Below are positions 58,222-64,000 of a stretch of DNA of 64,000 nt, piece after piece. This stretch comes from Candidatus Melainabacteria bacterium 17Bon1m (lineage in GTDB: Bacteria; Cyanobacteriota; Vampirovibrionia; Obscuribacterales; Obscuribacteraceae). The stretch lies in assembly GCA_032128875.1 (NCBI GenBank), contig JAVLKG010000001.1:1049453-1113452 (forward strand). The letters are read 5' to 3'. The translations under genes and the position numbers were made by a program. The notes under the pieces are model-generated. The model did not search any database, was not told the DNA's origin, and worked only from the letters and a program-made list of their open reading frames with translations. Within the stretch, counting starts at the first letter, position 1. Every line of letters begins with the position of its first letter.

Positions 58222-59178
58222 ATGCTTGAGACTATTCCCAAGCAAGTAAGAATAGTGGAAGTCGGACCCAGAGACGGTTTGCAGAACGAAGCTCGTCATA
58301 TTCCGACTGCCGACAAAGTGCGTCTCATTGAAGCGCTTGCCGCATCTGGCCTGAAAAACATCGAGGTCACATCCTTCGTAAGTCCGAAGTGGATTCCGCA
58401 GCTCGCGGACGGTTTGGATGTTTGCCGCTCGCTCAATTTGCCATCCGATGTGATTAAGACGGCGCTGGTGCCGAACGCGAAGGGCTACGAATCAGCGAAT
58501 GAAGCAGGTTTGTCGCATATCGCGCTCTTCATGTCTGCAACCGAATCGCATAGCAAGAAGAACATCAACAAGTCGGTGGATGAAGCGTTATCGACTTTGG
58601 GAGAGCTTGCTAAGCAAGCCAAATCCGATGGCAAATGGGTGCGTTGCTATTTGTCTGTCGTGTTTGAGTGTCCTTATGAAGGGACTGTGAAACCTGATCA
58701 GGTCGCTAGAATTACCGACAAGCTCGTCGAAATGGGCGTTGACGAGATCTCGCTGGGAGACACCATTGGTGCGGCAACTCCTCGTCAGGTCGAGAATGTC
58801 GTAAAGCTTATTTTGCGCAGCACTGATATTTCCAAACTCGCATTGCACTTCCACGATACTAGAGGAACCGCTCTGGCAAACGTTCTTGCCGGATTGGAAT
58901 TAGGCATCTCAATTTTTGATTCCAGCCTGGGTGGCATGGGCGGCTGCCCGTATGCACCTGGTGCTGCCGGCAATCTTGCTACTGAAGACCTCGTCTACAT
59001 GCTCGACGGCATGGGTGTGAAGACTGGTGTTGATTTGGAAAAACTGGTGGATGCCGGTTGTCTTGCCGAACAGTTATTAGAGAAAAAACTTCCTGGGAGG
59101 TATTTGCGGGCATGCCTGTCGACGAGAGAGAAAGAAAGTTGCAGCAAGGCGAGCACGGCAAGTGCAGTGAAGCAGTAA
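58222..59178 (+). CDS. Hydroxymethylglutaryl-CoA lyase
   Basis: EVGPRDGLQNE, HFHDTRG, GGCPYAPGAAGNLATED. Confidence 0.95.
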   Translation: MLETIPKQVRIVEVGPRDGLQNEARHIPTADKVRLIEALAASGLKNIEVTSFVSPKWIPQLADGLDVCRSLNLPSDVIKTALVPNAKGYESANEAGLSHIALFMSATESHSKKNINKSVDEALSTLGELAKQAKSDGKWVRCYLSVVFECPYEGTVKPDQVARITDKLVEMGVDEISLGDTIGAATPRQVENVVKLILRSTDISKLALHFHDTRGTALANVLAGLELGISIFDSSLGGMGGCPYAPGAAGNLATEDLVYMLDGMGVKTGVDLEKLVDAGCLAEQLLEKKLPGRYLRACLSTREKESCSKASTASAVKQ

Positions 59179-59195
59179 ACAGCGGGGAAAAATCC

Positions 59196-60008
59196 TTGGA
59201 CAGCGAACAGGTCTTGTTAGTAGAACGTGAAGGTGAGATTGCCTGGTTCAAACTGAATCGTGGCAAAGTGATGAACTGCCTCAATCGCCCGCTTTTGAAA
59301 GCCCTGATTGAAGCCTGCCACGAAGTCGCTAAAGACCGTAGCGTTCGTGTCGTTGTTATCATCGGCGCAGGTAAGAAAGCATTTTGCGCAGGCGCAGATT
59401 TGGCAGAGCGCAAAGGTATGACACAAGCTGAAACTCTCGATTATCTCGCTTTGATTCAAAAGACAATGCGCACAATCGAAACGTTGCCTCAACCAGTCAT
59501 CTGCGCCATCAATGGTTCTGCCTATGGTGGAGGAACAGAACTGGCCCTCTCTTGCGACCTCAGAGTCATGGTTGAAGAAGCGCAGTTGCGTCTTACTGAG
59601 GTTAAGCTCGGTATCATACCTGGTGCTGGCGGCACTCAACGCTTGCCTCGTCTCATCGGCAAATCCAAAGCCAAAGAGATGATTCTAACCGGCGCCCCAA
59701 TCAATGCTTTTGAAGGTCAACAATTTGGTCTCATTCACAAAGTCGTGACCGAGAAGGGACCGGACGACGCAGAATTCAACCCCGCGCTCATGGATACAGT
59801 CCGTGAGTGGGTGAAGGAAATTGCCACTGGAGCACCGCTCTCTCTGGCTGCCGCCAAAGAAGCTATCGACAACGGTTATGACCGCGATCTCGAAGCCGGT
59901 TTGGCACTGGAAACCAAGTCTTATTTGACGTTACTCAACACGAAGGACCGTTTGGAAGGTCTCGCCGCTTTTGCAGAAAAGAGAAAGCCTGTTTATGTAG
60001 GAGAATAA
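59196..60008 (+). CDS. Enoyl-CoA hydratase (probable methylglutaconyl-CoA hydratase)
   Basis: AFCAGADL, GGGTELAL, EVKLGIIPGAGGTQRLPR; start placed at TTG 59196. Confidence 0.9.
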   Translation: MDSEQVLLVEREGEIAWFKLNRGKVMNCLNRPLLKALIEACHEVAKDRSVRVVVIIGAGKKAFCAGADLAERKGMTQAETLDYLALIQKTMRTIETLPQPVICAINGSAYGGGTELALSCDLRVMVEEAQLRLTEVKLGIIPGAGGTQRLPRLIGKSKAKEMILTGAPINAFEGQQFGLIHKVVTEKGPDDAEFNPALMDTVREWVKEIATGAPLSLAAAKEAIDNGYDRDLEAGLALETKSYLTLLNTKDRLEGLAAFAEKRKPVYVGE

Positions 60009-60010
60009 TC

Positions 60011-60670
60011 TTGGATTTCCTCATCGACTCTCCAACGCGCGAACCGTTGCCGCTTCAGGTGACCGGGCTGATTTTGTCCGGCGGCAAGAGCAAGCGCATG
60101 GGCAGACCGAAAGCCTTCCTGCCATTTGAAGGGTCGACTGTAATTGGACACATCGTCCACGAAATAAAAGATCTGTTCAACGAGATATTCATTGTCGCCA
60201 ACGAAGTGGAGAGTTTCGAAGACCTCGGCGTGGACGTCGTGAAGGATATTCTGCCGCACCGCGGACCGTTGGGCGGGATACTTTCCGGCTTGATGACTTC
60301 TAGCAATCACTACGCATTTGTCATGGCCTGTGACATGCCGCTCATCGACAAACGTCTCGTTCGCGAGCTGGTTTCGCGCCGCCAGGACAACGACGTAGTT
60401 GTTCTTTCTCACCCTCAGGGTATTGAACCATTGTTCGGCGTTTATTCTAAAAACTGCATCAAGCCGCTTGAAGAGTCACTCTTTGCGGGTAATCTATCCG
60501 TACAAGACTTCTTGTCAGGTTTGAAAGCCGGTATCTATGAATGGATGCCTGAGCGCTCAGATGCCGATGCGCTGCCGCCGTTTTTCAACATCAATACTCC
60601 GCAGGACTATTCCCGCGTGATTGCAAGAGCGGGGATGGGTGTTTCCATCCTGCCAGAACGCCGCCCGTAA
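60011..60670 (+). CDS. mobA: Molybdenum cofactor guanylyltransferase
   Basis: LSGGKSKRMG, GPLGGI, ACDMP, FFNINTPQD. Confidence 0.9.
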   Translation: MDFLIDSPTREPLPLQVTGLILSGGKSKRMGRPKAFLPFEGSTVIGHIVHEIKDLFNEIFIVANEVESFEDLGVDVVKDILPHRGPLGGILSGLMTSSNHYAFVMACDMPLIDKRLVRELVSRRQDNDVVVLSHPQGIEPLFGVYSKNCIKPLEESLFAGNLSVQDFLSGLKAGIYEWMPERSDADALPPFFNINTPQDYSRVIARAGMGVSILPERRP

Positions 60671-60680
60671 TAGTTGTACT

Positions 60681-60704
60681 GTAGGGGCGGCATTCATGCC
60701 GCCC
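60681..60704. repeat. GTAG-type REP-like palindrome
   Basis: gtag gggcggcat tc atgccgccc. Confidence 0.75.
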
Positions 60705-60764
60705 GCGTAATTTCTTTGGTTGCTATTTCTTATATAATTTCGCTTCCACTTCAGGGAGTCTGCC

Positions 60765-61994
60765 ATGGCCAAGCCACAAGGAAATCACGTCCAGTTGTTG
60801 ATTGGCACCCGCAAGGGCGCCTTTACGCTCACATCGGATCCGGTGCGTTCAACCTGGAAACTTGAAGGACCACTGTATTTGGGTCACATCGTTTACCACT
60901 ACATGGTCGATCCTCGTGACGCCAGTTCGCAGATTATGGCGATGAAGGCTGGGCACCTTGGACCGACCGTCTTCTTTTCGAAAGATGGTGGCAAAACATG
61001 GAAAGAATCCTCGAAGCCGCCGCAATTTCCGAAGGCAGTTACACACGAAAACGGCAAGCCAGACCCTGACAAGAATATTGCCGAGATGGATGCGGATAAG
61101 AGTGGAGAAACGGGAAAGGAAGGCGGAGCGGACGGAAAGAAAGATGGCAGCGCAGTAAGTGTTGTTTTCTGGCTGTCTCCTGGGCATGAAACCCAACCTG
61201 GTGTTTGGTACGCAGGTTCTGCACCACCCGGTATGTTTATCACCACAGATGGTGGCGATACATGGACGCCGGTCGAGGGTTTTAATAAATACTGCCAGGA
61301 CACAGACGGCTTGCACGGCGAGGGGGAAACACCTGGCGGGCAACTAACACACTCTATTCTCATCGACCCGCGTGATCCGAATCACATGTACGTTTCAATT
61401 TCAGTCGGTGGAACATTCGAATCCCACGACGCCGGCGCGACCTGGAAGCCTTTGAATAAGGGCGTTGAAGCTGAGTGGCTGCCTGACCCGGAAGCCGAAC
61501 ACGGACACGATCCCCACTTTGTTGTAATGCATCCGGCAGATCCGGATCGTCTCTATCAGCAAAATCACTGCGGAATCTATCGCATGGATAGAAAGGACGG
61601 CAAGTGGATTCGAGTTGGAAACAACATGCCGAAAGAAATCGGCGATATCGGCTTTCCTATTGTTACTCATCCGCACGATGTTAATCGGGCCTGGGTTTTT
61701 CCAATGGATGGAACAACCGTGTGGCCACGCACTAGTCCAGGTGGAAGACCTGCAGTGTATGAAACTACTGACGCAGGCGAATCCTGGCACCGTCATGATC
61801 TTGGCTTGCCGACAGAGCACGGCTATTTCACCGTGAAGCGCCAGGCGATGTGTGCAGATGCTCAACTGCCTATGGGGCTTTACTTTGGCACCACTGGTGG
61901 TGAGATCTGGGGAAGTCTGGACGAAGGAAAAAGCTTTGACTGTATTGTCAGGCACTTGCCCGAGATCTACTCAATTACTGCGACTCTGGTTTAG
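60765..61994 (+). CDS. BNR/Asp-box beta-propeller protein (sialidase-like fold), cytoplasmic
   Basis: SKDGGKTW, TTDGGDTW, SHDAGATW, TTDAGESW, SLDEGKSF; LYQQNHCG; no signal peptide. Confidence 0.85.
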   Translation: MAKPQGNHVQLLIGTRKGAFTLTSDPVRSTWKLEGPLYLGHIVYHYMVDPRDASSQIMAMKAGHLGPTVFFSKDGGKTWKESSKPPQFPKAVTHENGKPDPDKNIAEMDADKSGETGKEGGADGKKDGSAVSVVFWLSPGHETQPGVWYAGSAPPGMFITTDGGDTWTPVEGFNKYCQDTDGLHGEGETPGGQLTHSILIDPRDPNHMYVSISVGGTFESHDAGATWKPLNKGVEAEWLPDPEAEHGHDPHFVVMHPADPDRLYQQNHCGIYRMDRKDGKWIRVGNNMPKEIGDIGFPIVTHPHDVNRAWVFPMDGTTVWPRTSPGGRPAVYETTDAGESWHRHDLGLPTEHGYFTVKRQAMCADAQLPMGLYFGTTGGEIWGSLDEGKSFDCIVRHLPEIYSITATLV

Positions 61995-62012
61995 CTTTCG
62001 GGAGCGAACATC

Positions 62013-62273
62013 GTGCTAGTACACATTCCCAGCCCGCTGCGTTCCTATACCAATGGGGCTTCAAAAGTCGAAGCGGAAGGCACAAGTGTTGATGAAATGC
62101 TCGATCATTTGGACAAACAATTTCCAGGTATCAAGTTTCGTATGATTGATGAGCAAAGCCGGATGCGTCAGCACATCAGGATCTTCGTTAACAAAGACAC
62201 TGTGGAAACCGTAAAAGCACCGCTCAAATCAGCCGACGAAGTGCGCATCATCTGCGCCCTTTCCGGAGGGTAG
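62013..62273 (+). CDS. MoaD/ThiS family ubiquitin-like protein
   Basis: IPSPLRSYT...FVN...ALSGG, with C-terminal diglycine. Confidence 0.9.
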   Translation: MLVHIPSPLRSYTNGASKVEAEGTSVDEMLDHLDKQFPGIKFRMIDEQSRMRQHIRIFVNKDTVETVKAPLKSADEVRIICALSGG

Positions 62274-62279
62274 GGCTCG

Positions 62280-63023
62280 ATGTTTCTTTCTCGACTAGTT
62301 GATTGGAAACCCTTATGTGTCTTTTTGACAATTTGTTATTTTGCAAGTTGCTTGCCTTCAATCGCATCGTTCATCACCATAGTCTACGTACTACCGAAGA
62401 CCAAGTTTGAAGAATATTGCAAAATAGCGGAACTAGTACCTAAGTCGCAAGCGCCGGAACGGTCATTAGTCCCGATGATTGCGGTCGCTGGCAGAAGATC
62501 AGAAACGCTCAAAGAGAAGCGGCTGCGTGAACGTGCTGATCGCGCCCAGAAATTTCTTGATGTAAACGGAAAAGAGCCGTACAAATACAATTGGTCTGGA
62601 ATTGTTCTTATGGAAGTTCTAAAGACGCTAAAAGAAGTGAACGGTATAGATCTTATGGAGCGCTCCATTCGAAATCCAGATGATTACTATGATTGGTATG
62701 TCTTCGATGAAGGCATTAAGACCAAATATCTCGATAAGCTGAATCCGAGCAATTTCACTGCAAAGGGACTTGAAGCGTCTTTCATCGCAAACGAAAAACG
62801 AGAGCGCGAAGAGACCAAAAGAGATTTTCAAATTCGCAGCGAAGAACTGTTAACGAAAGGAAAAATTACCAAGGAGCAGCTGAAGCAACTAGTTGGTACT
62901 ATGGAAGTTCAGGAAGCATTTCCGGAAAGGGGTAAAGCCATGATGGATTCCGTTATTTTCCTCCACCGGTATTTGCAATTTGCTGACCGCAATAATATGG
63001 TGATCTTACAGATCGTACAGTAA
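62280..63023 (+). CDS. Hypothetical protein with hydrophobic N-terminus
   Basis: 247-aa ORF, no recognised motif. Confidence 0.6.
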   Translation: MFLSRLVDWKPLCVFLTICYFASCLPSIASFITIVYVLPKTKFEEYCKIAELVPKSQAPERSLVPMIAVAGRRSETLKEKRLRERADRAQKFLDVNGKEPYKYNWSGIVLMEVLKTLKEVNGIDLMERSIRNPDDYYDWYVFDEGIKTKYLDKLNPSNFTAKGLEASFIANEKREREETKRDFQIRSEELLTKGKITKEQLKQLVGTMEVQEAFPERGKAMMDSVIFLHRYLQFADRNNMVILQIVQ

Positions 63024-63041
63024 AAAAACGTTGGTTTGCGG

Positions 63042-63953
63042 TTATCTCTCTTTGAGGGAAAAAACAGACTTGGCGTAGCGGTATAGTTCTATGTCGAAAG
63101 AGTTCAATGTTTCGATGAGTTTAATTGCCTCAGGGTCTACTTCTTGCAGGCTTTTTCGATCTGCGTTGATGTTCAATTTTTCTTCTTCTGTATTCCAACC
63201 AAATTGTTTGCTAACGAATGGAAGAAATTCGCTGTACTCGTCAGTGAAGCCAACAAAATCGAAGTGATGCAGCAAATTGTTTTTTGCACTCTCAAGCATT
63301 TCCTGTGTGCAGGCACCCCAAGTTATGCTGTTTGTGTCGCATCCTGTAAGCATTCGCAGCATAGGATTGTCGGTCGTAAGATCGAACCTTGACTGCGCAA
63401 AATCCACCAGCGACATGTTTCTCTCCACTATCTGCTTTCCAATTGGATTTGCGTCGGCGATGCTGCGCAGGTAGTAGTAGAGAGAAACCAGTCGGTCGAC
63501 CGGTTCGCGCAGTATCGTCACGTAACAGCATTCACGCTTTAAGAGCTGATCTATGCGCAGATAAAACGAGCTGTGTCCTGTTACCGCTTGCAGATTCTCC
63601 AACCGCTCGTTCAAGGAACTTTGAAGTGCTTCTCTGTCATGAAGCTGTTCGCTAGGAATCTCATACAGAGCGCCGCCTTTGTAGTTCTTATACAAAGTTC
63701 CAGCAAAGCTGCTTCCTGCTGTCTTTGGAATATGTATGAAGACGATTAGCGGCAGCTCTGAAGTCTTTGAATAGCCTTTGACTGCATCGAGTTGGAAACG
63801 ATTCTGGCGCGCGGTCCACTGCTCATTTAGATTTGCAGTTATTAGTCTGGCAAGGCGCTCTTTGTAATTCTGCTCTCTAAGCGCGGCTTTCAAGCTGTCA
63901 TTGCTGCTCGGCTTGAAATAGAGGCGCTTCAGTGAGTTCAATGATTTCAACAT
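63042..63953 (-). CDS. Sulfotransferase family protein
   Basis: FIHIPKTAGSSF (5'-PSB), TILREPVDRLVSLYYY (3'-PB), N..DIELY. Confidence 0.88.
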   Translation of the reverse strand: MLKSLNSLKRLYFKPSSNDSLKAALREQNYKERLARLITANLNEQWTARQNRFQLDAVKGYSKTSELPLIVFIHIPKTAGSSFAGTLYKNYKGGALYEIPSEQLHDREALQSSLNERLENLQAVTGHSSFYLRIDQLLKRECCYVTILREPVDRLVSLYYYLRSIADANPIGKQIVERNMSLVDFAQSRFDLTTDNPMLRMLTGCDTNSITWGACTQEMLESAKNNLLHHFDFVGFTDEYSEFLPFVSKQFGWNTEEEKLNINADRKSLQEVDPEAIKLIETLNSFDIELYRYAKSVFSLKER

Positions 63954-64000
63954 GGTGCTTTGCGTTTAGTATCTTGGCATTGAGCGATCTACATCTAACG

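Overview
This is a bacterial chromosomal window of about 55 genes. The gene mix points to a non-photosynthetic Cyanobacteriota relative (Vampirovibrionia/Melainabacteria, Obscuribacterales-like); that is inference from a cyanobacterial-type GMPP-PMM fusion, futalosine MqnC, Tad-like pseudopilins and a Ser/Thr kinase-LRR. Most of the window is housekeeping: pyrG, gatC, polA, purA, holB, a DnaJ-class chaperone, mqnC, rpmG-tRNA-Trp-secE-nusG-rplK-rplA, oppABC, gpsA, mobA and part of a leucine-catabolism cluster. The most striking unannotated structure is in the first 8.2 kb, a cluster of general-stress-type genes (ferritin-like DUF2383, Gfo oxidoreductase, hemerythrin, Rieske-FAD oxidoreductase, BON, Gly-rich membrane protein, CsbD). 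Seven copies of an ECF/sigmaE-type promoter, GGAAC-N16/17-(C/G/A)GTC, lie in its intergenic gaps. Five head the stress transcription units, one of them an orphan 67-aa ORF. Two point on the minus strand into gaps with no convincing ORF that end in hairpins, making them candidate sigma-dependent small RNAs. Also seen: a covarying GTAG-type REP family partly reused as terminators, phased direct-repeat operator candidates, a probable CTG start, a 9-bp tandem repeat that could encode a small basic peptide, and a beta-propeller plus ubiquitin-like gene pair. No CRISPR array, rRNA or transposase was seen.
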